From assembly GCA_009859145.1 (NCBI GenBank), contig VRVR01000027.1, forward strand, positions 131,409 through 195,408: 64,000 nucleotides of DNA. Reading direction: 5' to 3'. The translations under genes and the position numbers were made by a program. This DNA is from Andalucia godoyi And28 (taxonomy: Eukaryota; Protista; Jakobida). Positions 54,922 through 64,000 of the stretch are shown here, piece by piece. Under the pieces are notes generated by a model. That model had not been told where the DNA came from and did not search any database. It was given only the letters and a program-made list of their open reading frames with translations. Each line of letters starts with the position of its first letter. Position 1 is the first letter of the stretch.

Positions 54922-56184
54922 ATGATCGACTCGAAAAAGATTAAGCGAGTACTCGTACCCGGTATTTTTGGATCTGTTAAAAGATGGTACGCGAATGATT
55001 TTCGATATGAGAAGTATTCTCGATGTTGCATGTTTGGTAACGCGGCTCACATACTGCTTCTGACTCTGATTTCTTTCGGACTTTATTTATCCATGATGTT
55101 TGAAACGAGTTGGCCCTCTTCGTGGCTCGTTTGCATGGGCGAACTGACTTCCGATGAATCAGCATGTGCGCCGTACGGACCGCCGCAGATTTTGGAAATG
55201 TTTGGCTTGCTGCTGCAGAACAGGACACTTGCTTTGACGGGTACTGTGTATGTCGAGTCCTCGTTTCGGGTTCAGGTTGATTCCTGTGTTGGATCAAAGT
55301 GTGCGTCGATCATGAGCTTCGACACTGTCTCTGCCTTTGTGGATAAGTTGTGTGAACTGAAATATACATACTGCTCGGAGTGGAAGACAGCCGAATCATC
55401 CTTTGCAAGCGCTCGCGTGTTCTTCACACTTGGCCTTGTCCTTGCAGTCATGTCTTTAGCGACTCTGTTCTATTTGATGGTTGCCGCTGTGCGTTGGGCT
55501 TGCAATGGTTCGAAAAAAACGGACAAAGACTATCGTCGGTTTCGCGCCATGATTCGTGTGATTGCAGTGCATGCGATACTAGTCTTGCTGGCTATTTTTT
55601 CAGTGGCAACAGGATTTGCAGTCATGAGCTACGGAGGTTTCGACAATCTTGGAACGACAAGGCGATCCGATCGCGTTTCAAATATCAAGGAAGATGCCCA
55701 AAACTACTATGGATTTGCATTTGGTTTGTGGCCTGGCTATGCCGCGGGCATTTTGAGTTGTTTCGCTGCCTGTCTGCTGTTGTGTGACTTACTATTGCTT
55801 GTTGTCTCTGTCATTTTGTTACGCCGTCATCCGAAAACGGGGTGGAAACAAAAACCTGATGAAACTGCCACGGCACTTTCGTCATTGACACAGTCTCTCC
55901 GACCCAGTGTCCCATCCTTGAATTTTCCTGAAGCCACTCCTGAAGACACAGAGACGCAGCAGAAGCCTGCGTCCCCAGGTGGGGTATCCGTTCATGGGAA
56001 CGTGGAGCTGGATAGTAACGTTCACGTCGGCAGCAACGTAAGCATTAATGACAGATCTGTTCCTCCGACGAATCCTAGTTCTACCTCTAGTTCGTTGCAG
56101 TGTTTGCATACGCCGCCAACGCCAACTCCGTCAGACGTTTCATCCTTCTGCACCGGCAAACAATCTCATGAAGAAGCTCCATAG
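54922..56184 (+). CDS. Four-TM tetraspan (claudin/PMP22/SUR7-like topology) membrane protein with Ser/Pro/Thr-rich tail
   Basis: TM1, a large Cys-containing loop, three further TM helices, and a low-complexity C-terminus. Confidence 0.65.
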   Translation: MIDSKKIKRVLVPGIFGSVKRWYANDFRYEKYSRCCMFGNAAHILLLTLISFGLYLSMMFETSWPSSWLVCMGELTSDESACAPYGPPQILEMFGLLLQNRTLALTGTVYVESSFRVQVDSCVGSKCASIMSFDTVSAFVDKLCELKYTYCSEWKTAESSFASARVFFTLGLVLAVMSLATLFYLMVAAVRWACNGSKKTDKDYRRFRAMIRVIAVHAILVLLAIFSVATGFAVMSYGGFDNLGTTRRSDRVSNIKEDAQNYYGFAFGLWPGYAAGILSCFAACLLLCDLLLLVVSVILLRRHPKTGWKQKPDETATALSSLTQSLRPSVPSLNFPEATPEDTETQQKPASPGGVSVHGNVELDSNVHVGSNVSINDRSVPPTNPSSTSSSLQCLHTPPTPTPSDVSSFCTGKQSHEEAP

Positions 56185-56768
56185 GAATTCGCAACTCAGA
56201 TGCAAATTCCATCTGCACTGAATTGCTTGCACTGCATGCTCCGACGCTTGAAACTGAGCAACAGAAAACCGGGATCACTCTGCATTTCTTCTTCCCCACC
56301 AACGCATCTAAAAGTTGGCGGTTGTTCGCTGGATGTTGACAGATGCAGACGACTTCTGGCTCCGGCATGGTCTAAAACGCGAAACGCGTTGGCCTTTGAT
56401 CCATCAATGTTCTGTCGTTCAAAGATACGCCTCAGGCAAATTCGTCGCAACAAACGTCATTTTCGGGATACTCGCGGCCTCCATTCTTGTTTGGGTGCCG
56501 AGGTGCAGTCATGTGCCCACAAATGGGTATCAATAGGTGATCTGCTTTTTTCTGATACAACTCGTGCGCAGCCAAACCTAGAGATCAAGTACAGTACATC
56601 AGTCTGCAAACGAACATTCCATTTCCAGCACACGTGTGATCGGCAGTCTCTTATCTCCGGTGACGAGCTCCGGTGGCTGCTCCCAACAGTCGCTGCCATT
56701 GCAGGGAATTGACAACAGAATTCGAATGTGAAACATGGTCTTTGCCTGTCACCAACAACAAAAAAGAA

Positions 56769-58133
56769 TTACTGCATTGCTACTGCTTTGTGGGTCGCAC
56801 AAAACGCCAGCAGACTGCTCAACAGCGAGGGATCTGCGCTGCATTTTTCTCCCTGTTCAAACAGACCGGAGAACTCCAGATGCAGTTGCTGCAAAAAGAA
56901 ACGCAGGGGCTTCCGCTCGTCTGTGTCCAGCGCACGAATTGGAATTAACGGATCCAGCACATCGCGAGCATTCCGCTCTCGGATTTCAAACAGGTCGGGC
57001 ACCCTATCCACCGAGGCGTATGCCTCACGACGAGTCGACGTTTTCAGGTAGAAGGCCACCGGCGGCAGCCACGAGAGGACGTCGCCGATTGCTAGGTACA
57101 GGACTGTGAACACAGCCTGCTGCAGACAAACTTGCAGCCGCTGTTCATCGGTTTCAATCCAATCAAGCCACAGCCACTCAGGAGAAAACGGAGGGTGGTA
57201 ATGGAACACTTTTTTGTCGAGCTTTTGCACAAATGATGCACCGGCCCAATCAATCAAACAAAGGAGAAACTGAAAGTCACTGTGCACTTCCTCCAGCAAC
57301 ACTACATTATGCGGGCAAATGTTCAAATGATGCACGCCATGCTGATGGCACTGCAGAGTGATGTTGGTTAGTTGCTGCAAAAGCTCTGTGCAGAAAACGA
57401 GGGCTCGATTCGAGTAAGACAGTACGAGCTGCAGCGGGACTCCAACGGGCGCCATGCATACAAGGGCTCCGTAATCTGACCGTGCAGAATGCAGGACCAA
57501 CGGCACCCAGAAGAGATGATGGCTCCAGTCGTTTTTCGACAGTTTTTCAAGCGCACCAGTTTCGGTCGTCCATTCCGCGAGATTCGATGCCGGAAAGCAC
57601 TTGACAACGACGGAGGTCGCCGCATCAAGAGTCCCGGTTGCTATTTCCACGTCATCCATCTGCCCGATGCCATGGACCGGTGCACGTTGCAGCATCCCCG
57701 TCAATTTCAATCTCGATGAAATGGAGAGAGAATTTAGAATGCCAGAGGAGAGCGAAGAGACTGTTGGCGGTGGCGCACCATCCCACCCACAGAGGGCATG
57801 CGGATTACTGGACAACAAGTAGCAAATGCCTTTCATTCCACCTTCGTCGAGTGCAATTGAAGGGGTTTCCAGCAGCTCGTAGTTCCATCCGGACCTGTAA
57901 TCGAGAATGCGCAAGCGCAGAAACACAATGAAATTTCGGTTGTATGCGAATCTCCAGAATAAACTTGTGCAAAAACGCACGCGCAAATTTCCTGTCACCG
58001 TCGTGGGTTTTCGCCTTTTTGGAGGATGGACACAATTTAGTAAACAGACGTAAGATACTTCATTGCACCCAAACCCAGACCATGTACAACGTTTTTCGAA
58101 GGGAACAGGCCAACAGGGACCCATTGATTGCAA
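56769..58133 (-). CDS. Protein-kinase-like (probable pseudokinase) paralog of the 1-1423 locus; 5' end probably degraded
   Basis: Strong similarity from YNRNFIVF to the C-terminus; catalytic loop HHLNICPHN (Asp to Asn), LIDWAG. Confidence 0.75.
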   Translation of the reverse strand: MQSMGPCWPVPFEKRCTWSGFGCNEVSYVCLLNCVHPPKRRKPTTVTGNLRVRFCTSLFWRFAYNRNFIVFLRLRILDYRSGWNYELLETPSIALDEGGMKGICYLLSSNPHALCGWDGAPPPTVSSLSSGILNSLSISSRLKLTGMLQRAPVHGIGQMDDVEIATGTLDAATSVVVKCFPASNLAEWTTETGALEKLSKNDWSHHLFWVPLVLHSARSDYGALVCMAPVGVPLQLVLSYSNRALVFCTELLQQLTNITLQCHQHGVHHLNICPHNVVLLEEVHSDFQFLLCLIDWAGASFVQKLDKKVFHYHPPFSPEWLWLDWIETDEQRLQVCLQQAVFTVLYLAIGDVLSWLPPVAFYLKTSTRREAYASVDRVPDLFEIRERNARDVLDPLIPIRALDTDERKPLRFFLQQLHLEFSGLFEQGEKCSADPSLLSSLLAFCATHKAVAMQ

Positions 58134-58153
58134 TCAGGTTTCCAGACGCTCGT

Positions 58154-58711
58154 TCATCCTTCCAAAAATGCATCGACGGGCTCAAACACACATACACTTC
58201 CTGGCACCTTGTAGTTGACGTACGCTCTAAGATCATCGATCTCCGCCATCTCGAACGGAATGTGATACTTGATTTCCTGTACCACATCATGGCCTGCAAA
58301 CAAAGATGTACCATTCGGCCCCCGGGGATTCCTCCACTCTATTCTAAGCAGATGATTTCCGTCGTCTTTGGATGGTTGACACTGCATGATGGCAGGATTG
58401 GTGAAGCACATCATAAACTGCCCAAGAGTAAGTTTTTCTGCCTCCAACTCTGCCCACGAAGAGTTGTAGTCAGCGAGTAGTTTGTCGCCCATCAGACGGT
58501 AGGCAAGCATGCTGTTCATGGCATAAAGATACAGCACATGTTTGGCATACGCAGATGCGTTGACGCCCGGCGGGTGGAAGATGTTCAGTAGAGACACGGG
58601 CAAACGAATCTCAAGGTTTCGACCGTTGAAAGCTGTGCTCACGACGAATTCTTCTCCATTGGAGGAAAGAGAGGAAAGAAAGACTTCATTCACCGTCTTG
58701 CAGGAATTCAT
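58154..58711 (-). CDS. Hypothetical ORF, possibly the detached N-terminal part of the kinase-like gene
   Basis: ORF 58154..58849 (probable ATG 58711) ends 20 nt upstream of the kinase ORF on the same strand. Confidence 0.4.
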   Translation of the reverse strand: MNSCKTVNEVFLSSLSSNGEEFVVSTAFNGRNLEIRLPVSLLNIFHPPGVNASAYAKHVLYLYAMNSMLAYRLMGDKLLADYNSSWAELEAEKLTLGQFMMCFTNPAIMQCQPSKDDGNHLLRIEWRNPRGPNGTSLFAGHDVVQEIKYHIPFEMAEIDDLRAYVNYKVPGSVCVFEPVDAFLEG

Positions 58712-59239
58712 TGCTGGGAACCTCGCTGAATGGCCACCTTTCTTCCTTGGAGCTGATTGGAAATGTAGCCAAAACCTAAGCAGCAACTGACGGGGATGCG
58801 GACGCGGAAAATGTTCCTTCGACTCCGTCCACTCGCAATTTAGCACCACGTTTGCAGTCGGGATTCGAGGGTCAGTTGTTGTTTTGACAGAATCAATCGA
58901 TTACGGCAGTCGACGCCTGACCTACCTGGTCATTTCGCAAAGTGGGTTTTTTCCTTTGAGTTCGTAGCTTTTGAATAGGTAGGACATCATAAGTACTTAA
59001 TTCATGGAACTGGAAGAGCGGCAGGGAAAAAGAGTATTTTTTTGTGTTTGAACAGAACGGGGCAAGAATTTGTGCTCGAATGGCTTCCTGTCCGCAATAT
59101 GATGTTTTACTCTCAAAAAAGTGCCTCCAGGGCTTGCGAATCCGTGACGATTCCTCCGATGGTGTTTGGATTATTCTCTATACACAAACCTGGTTGGCAT
59201 TGGCGGAATTGGACGCAGGCTCTTTTCTTGCTGCCAAAA

Positions 59240-62038
59240 TCAGATGTTTCGGATGTCATCTGTTGTTGTTGGCGATATCGGCAAGGATTCGGTGCGCTGC
59301 AGTCGAATCCACAAAAAGATCGAAACAGAAATGGATCCGACAAGAAGCACCCCGACTGAAATGTACAGTGCAAGTACCGGGGCATTGGATAGAATCAAAA
59401 TGGGTATCAAAAATGCGAAACCAGCGCCAATGGACAACGCACATCCATTCCAGAAATTGACGCTTGCTACATTGCTCGGAGCGAAACATGCTCGAATCCT
59501 GACATTGTGATTGAACACGCCAAGCAGGCAGAACAAGGCGACAATCGACGAAATCTGGCCCGGAAAGAGCGGGCCCAATGCAGTTGCGAGACAAATGATC
59601 ATCATTCGAATGCTGAAGATGCGATATTGATACGATGAAGAAAAGAGAATCATCGTATCTGCTCGAAGCACTGGCGTATACTCGTGGTCTCTTGCCAAAC
59701 GTTCGTCGAATGCAAAGAAGATATTTGCCCATGAATTGGCAAACACGCTCATGAAATACCACGGCAGGATGACGGACATCGAGGCTAGCACATAGGGTTC
59801 GTGTTCTGCAGTCCAACATTGGATGGAGTCCAATTGAATCAGTCCACCGTCGGAGTTACAAGAAAGGATCCTGACTAAAATCATGCAACTCGGAATGAAC
59901 AGAATTTCCGTAATTTGCGCAACTATTGTGAGGTATGCCACAGTCCAGGGTCGATCTGCAACGCGTGGCTTGTCCCTCCATCGGATCAACCATTCAAATC
60001 CCTTGATGAACAGGCGAAACAGAAAAGATAGACTGAACAAATACGGACGAGTTTCAAATTCTGCCAATTTCACGGCTTGGTTCAACAGCTTTGCGTATCG
60101 CACTGCCCACGGTTCACACATGAGAAACGGCACCAAAATGGAACAACCAGAAATCAAAATCAGCGCATAAATCACTGCCATTGATGTCCAGAACAACCAA
60201 TCGAATTGCGCCTTGTTATGGACGTGAAAAACATTCAGAACCGTGATGTCCAGAGCATAGCTGGCAGCATTATCCGATCCGTACGGCACCAGGACGGTTC
60301 GGCAAATTTGAAAAACAGCCAAGATTAACGAGAAGAACTGAAAATACAAGCCAAATCGATAGGGAAGTACAAATAACCATCGCTTTTCAGGCTGTTGCTG
60401 CTGACGGAATTCATCAAGCTTCCTCAATGAGAATGCGTTGAGAGGTTCGCAGATGGACAACAGATCCACGTCATGGTACATCGCCATTGCAAGACAGTAG
60501 TATTTCTTGACGAAGAAGTTCACTCTCAAAGTGTAGATCCAGGTTCCGACGAGGGTTAACGTCACACTCATGATGGCTGGAGTCGGACTGTGGAATGGAG
60601 CAAAGAAATACCAAATGGTTCCTTGTGCAACACACACCATAAATACCCACAAAACCTCAATGACATGAGTTCCCAACACCGTTCGTTCATTCCATGGCAG
60701 ATTCGCTAAGAGCCGCGTCAGATCTGCCTGTTCTCCCGGGGAATTACTGATGTCGCAATTGTATGTATGTCTGTTCGAAACATAATTGGACGCAAAATCA
60801 GATGCCGAACCCGGGATTCGAGAACGAGACCGTCTGATCATGACGCACACCACCACGGCAGCTAGCGAAAATGAACACGTCACAATGACGATAGAACTGA
60901 CGGTGAGGCCCTCTTTGTTTTCAGAATCATTGCCACGAGAAGAATTCGATGACTGAAAACCATACTGGATAACAGAGATGTAGCCACCATGGCTGTCGCT
61001 CGTACAACACGGAACAAATGGAACGATTCCTGCTTGAGATCTGCAGCCAGGGCTTGTAAAGGATGAAAACGACAGACCTTGTGGACTCCATCCTCGGTCA
61101 AACGAATAAAATCTCTGGCTCTCAGTAGTGCGGTTGGAAATCATGAACCATGCGTCGTCGTCCTCCTGTCGATTGCACGACGAAATTTCGTAGCCAATCG
61201 ATGGGATTGTCAAAGAATCACCAATGACTGCCCAAACCCCCGCTCTATGAGACCGCAGTTGGACTTCAGCGGAGGAAGTAATGTATCCGAGGTGCAAATC
61301 ATCGGACATGCCCAGAGCAAGCGAGGCCGAGGTTACTTGTTTCGCGGAGTAGAGAGATATCCAATCCCTAGAACTGTATGCTAGCACATGCAATAGCTGC
61401 GCATCGTCCACAAATGAAACGTAGGGAATATTGCGGCTGTCCACGACCAAAGAAAAATGACGGATCTTGGTCGGCATAGGAGAGAGGGATAAATCAGCGA
61501 ATCCGTTTCTGGTCAATCGAAAAACACATAATCCATCAAGACCTGTGTAAGCGACGAAAGGCAGGTCGATGCCGTTGCTCGAGAGAAAGAGTTGCGAGTT
61601 CCCCACTTCGTCCCCGTCTCTGGCAGCTGACAAAACCGTCGTCCAGCGTTTTTCATCGTTCTTAAAAGACAACACAGTCACGTTGGACGGATCTGAGTAT
61701 GCCACGAAAATGTCTTTTCCGGAGTTCACAGCCAGAATGGGTACCTCATAGATTGGCGAGGTCCTTCGTTCTCCGTCTCCATCTCCTCCAATATCCAACC
61801 AATGATTGCTGCTGCTATGAAACTTGCGAACTCTCAGTGTTCCCCCGTAGTGACTATCTCCAAAAGAAACATACAGGATCCCCGAATCGGGGTTGGCAAA
61901 GATCTCCGCTCCCAAAGAATTGAACGAAAAGCGCACAGGCAGTTGATGCCATCGCTCACTTGCAAAACAGAGATTTCTTGCAAAAATCAAAACTGCTGCA
62001 AAAATGATCAAGAAGGAAATGGAAATAGGAGGAACCAT
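59240..62038 (-). CDS. Signal peptide + extracellular beta-repeat (propeller-like) domain + multi-pass membrane domain; receptor-like
   Basis: ORF 59240..62128 (probable ATG 62038); repeated units 'L.V.S...P(Y/F)V.(Y/F).D....V......W'; many hydrophobic segments in the C-terminal half. Confidence 0.7.
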   Translation of the reverse strand: MVPPISISFLIIFAAVLIFARNLCFASERWHQLPVRFSFNSLGAEIFANPDSGILYVSFGDSHYGGTLRVRKFHSSSNHWLDIGGDGDGERRTSPIYEVPILAVNSGKDIFVAYSDPSNVTVLSFKNDEKRWTTVLSAARDGDEVGNSQLFLSSNGIDLPFVAYTGLDGLCVFRLTRNGFADLSLSPMPTKIRHFSLVVDSRNIPYVSFVDDAQLLHVLAYSSRDWISLYSAKQVTSASLALGMSDDLHLGYITSSAEVQLRSHRAGVWAVIGDSLTIPSIGYEISSCNRQEDDDAWFMISNRTTESQRFYSFDRGWSPQGLSFSSFTSPGCRSQAGIVPFVPCCTSDSHGGYISVIQYGFQSSNSSRGNDSENKEGLTVSSIVIVTCSFSLAAVVVCVMIRRSRSRIPGSASDFASNYVSNRHTYNCDISNSPGEQADLTRLLANLPWNERTVLGTHVIEVLWVFMVCVAQGTIWYFFAPFHSPTPAIMSVTLTLVGTWIYTLRVNFFVKKYYCLAMAMYHDVDLLSICEPLNAFSLRKLDEFRQQQQPEKRWLFVLPYRFGLYFQFFSLILAVFQICRTVLVPYGSDNAASYALDITVLNVFHVHNKAQFDWLFWTSMAVIYALILISGCSILVPFLMCEPWAVRYAKLLNQAVKLAEFETRPYLFSLSFLFRLFIKGFEWLIRWRDKPRVADRPWTVAYLTIVAQITEILFIPSCMILVRILSCNSDGGLIQLDSIQCWTAEHEPYVLASMSVILPWYFMSVFANSWANIFFAFDERLARDHEYTPVLRADTMILFSSSYQYRIFSIRMMIICLATALGPLFPGQISSIVALFCLLGVFNHNVRIRACFAPSNVASVNFWNGCALSIGAGFAFLIPILILSNAPVLALYISVGVLLVGSISVSIFLWIRLQRTESLPISPTTTDDIRNI

Positions 62039-62395
62039 GGAGAAAGATCGACGGCATCCGATGAGATGGAATAAACTCCAGGAAGCGGAATTGTCGGAAG
62101 TCGAAAAATGAAAGTTCGGCAGTTTCAATTTTCAGAAGAGGAAACGGCGCATCGTTATCGTTACAGTCGCGCGAGTGCTCAACTGCAAGACTGCCAAGAC
62201 CAAAATCAACACCGCGAAACAATCAATTTTCAGATTTGCCAAGTTCAAGTTGACAACCTTTTTTTTGTTGCGCTGCGGTCTGTTTACTTTTGCTCTGTCT
62301 CATCAACGCAGACATGTGAATCTGGTGGACTGCGTTTTCGATCAGAAATGAACTTCACAACGTAATCTGCATATCGTGCCCGAGCGTATGCAAAG

Positions 62396-63849
62396 TTACG
62401 TGCTGGAACGCTGCAATTGCACACCAAACCCGCTCAAGGCGAGCGGCGTTGCCTGATGAACAGCATTGTACTCCTCAACGAGCTCTGATAATTCTTCGTC
62501 GCTTTCAGAAATCTTGTCAAAAAACAGCCAGTCATCATTCAGGATCGATATTTGACAAACTTGGTGGCAGTGATTCACGTACTGTTCGACAATGTGTTTT
62601 CCGTGTTCTGTGAACGCCATTTCTCCAATTGTCACTGCGATGCAGGTTGCAACAACTTGGGCGATATTTCCCGCATCTTGCAATAAATGAGAAAATTTCC
62701 AAGACAACCAAGACCAGCACAATTCAATAGGTTCCACGCTGGAGAATACGGAGGCAGGTACACAATCTTGAAATGCTCGTCTTGCAATGATGAAATTAAC
62801 TGCGTTTTGTGGAATGGGACATTGTCCAGAACAATCAGTCTGCGCTTTTGCGGACCTCTGGCATTGACAATGTCTTTCAGGCGGCAGAGGCATTCTGCAA
62901 GCATATGTTGGTTGCAGGATGTGTCAAAATGAACGCCGACGATGAACCCCAGTTCCTTCGAGCAAAATCCGACAATTGATTGGTTCGCACCGCGCATCCC
63001 TTCTGTTTCAATGAAGGGTGTCGCATCCCGAGTACAACCTCGCCATTGTTTGGTGATGCGTATTTGTCATACCCATCTCATCGGCCTGCGATTCTCTTCG
63101 CTGTTTCTCTGCAGGGGCATAGTACGAAGCCTTTTGAAACTCAATCCTGCTTCCGCAAGCATGTTGGAGACAACACCATGTTTCAACGTCCTTCCATTGT
63201 TTAGCTCTGCGAATCGTAGGATGATTTGATTGATGCCCCACGTGCCATGTTCAATTTGAATCAGTGCAAGCTGTTGTTTGTCTTGGAGGGAGAGCAGCTT
63301 TGGATGCGACCGACTACCACCGTGGGCCCTTGACGCAATGACTCCTGGGTCCCAGTACGCTTGCTGAAGTCGAGGTTTGAACTGTGCCACATACGCGGAG
63401 CCACCTAGAATGCGATGTTTCGTAGCAAGAATATCGTACGATGGGTGTTTGGGATCGGAAATATCTTTCGCCAGAGCGTAGATGGTTCCGATAGGGCACG
63501 GCCATCTTTTCTTCGCCTGTGCCATTTGAGGCAAATATTCGGAGGATTTTCGAATGCGATCCAACTTCTTTTGATTATCCCTTTCGACTGCACGAAGCTG
63601 CTTCTCAATCTGCATTCGCTCATTTTCCTCGTTTCGGCCAAGAACTTCATTCCTTGCACTGACCTGCTCTCTGTAATCGACCAGAGAGCGTTCCAGAACG
63701 CTCGGTGTATCAATAGAATTGAGCCTTCTCATTAGGTTTGGATCCTGATCCTCTGGCACACCGCGATGTTGTGCGGGAGCGCTGGCGGGCGCACTATCGA
63801 GGCCTTCTGATGGCTGCGGAGTGCGTGAGCTGCTCGGCAGGTGGATCAT
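62396..63849 (-). mobile_element. Defective IS630/Tc1-mariner-like DDE transposase
   Basis: IVLDNVPFHK and YLPPYSPAWN/PIELCWSW (frameshift near 62730). HTH-like region ..SFKRL..P.QRNSEEN. In-frame TGA 63067-63069; first catalytic F-x-DE block not found; no TIRs recognised. Confidence 0.8.
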
Positions 63850-63864
63850 GTGTGTGTGGAAGGT

Positions 63865-63878
63865 GGGGGGGGGGGGGG
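63865..63878. repeat. Poly-G run (14 nt)
   Basis: Direct count, just upstream of the IS630-like ORF. Confidence 0.9.
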
Positions 63879-64000
63879 TCCATGACGAATTCGAAGTTCC
63901 GCGACATTTATTGGGCCCTTTGGAGATGATAATTGTTCAATGCTTTATTTTGTTTACAAAGTCTTGCGAAGAGCAGCCGTCCCAATTTCATTTGGCGACA

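Noticed and set aside
376-63069. Stop-codon reassignment (in-frame TGA at 376, 2398, 63067; TAG at 15397, 45153)
   Set aside because: TGA ends the ATPase (..WLFY*) and two CorA genes at conserved C-termini, and TAG ends cyclase 2 and CNNM. Most in-frame stops fall in genes with other lesions.
50409-64000. TnpB/Fanzor/IscB cargo in or near the transposons
   Set aside because: No RuvC-like motifs or zinc-ribbon pattern were seen in any listed ORF.
1-64000. tRNA, rRNA or snRNA genes
   Set aside because: No cloverleaf, T-loop or conserved rRNA/snRNA motif was recognised by eye; tRNAscan-SE and Infernal would be needed to exclude them.

Overview
Gene-dense, intron-poor nuclear DNA (roughly 50% GC) of a microbial eukaryote. 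Short GT-AG introns (28-88 nt), a Myb protein, a RING protein and a GPI-type surface protein argue against a prokaryote; the taxon cannot be assigned from sequence alone. Recognisable genes: a Kelch/cytochrome-b561 membrane protein, three CorA/ALR-like Mg2+ transporters, two very large TM-TPR-PAS class III adenylate cyclases, an ABCB half transporter, a P2C-like P-type ATPase, a CNNM/CorB (DUF21-CBS) protein, a Cys-less pentameric ligand-gated channel, a decayed bacterial-type hybrid histidine kinase, an intracellular subtilase, and two related kinase-like loci, one with a restriction-endonuclease-like segment. Best-supported highlights: (1) a 4079-bp Mutator-like transposon (50409-54487) with identical 101-bp TIRs, a 9-bp TSD, a DDE/CxxH transposase and an unusual C-terminal HTH; (2) an ion/Mg2+-homeostasis gene cluster at ~29.6-43.3 kb; (3) a 190-bp inverted-repeat element upstream of one CorA gene, holding five 16-bp palindromes spaced at multiples of the helical repeat (31, 32, 31, 42 bp). 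A broken IS630/Tc1-like transposase lies at the right end. About eight genes have single-base frameshifts that can be repaired in short homopolymers, so many apparent pseudogenes may be assembly errors. No rRNA, tRNA, CRISPR-Cas or TnpB/Fanzor was recognised. All domain calls are by-eye motif recognition and need HMM confirmation.
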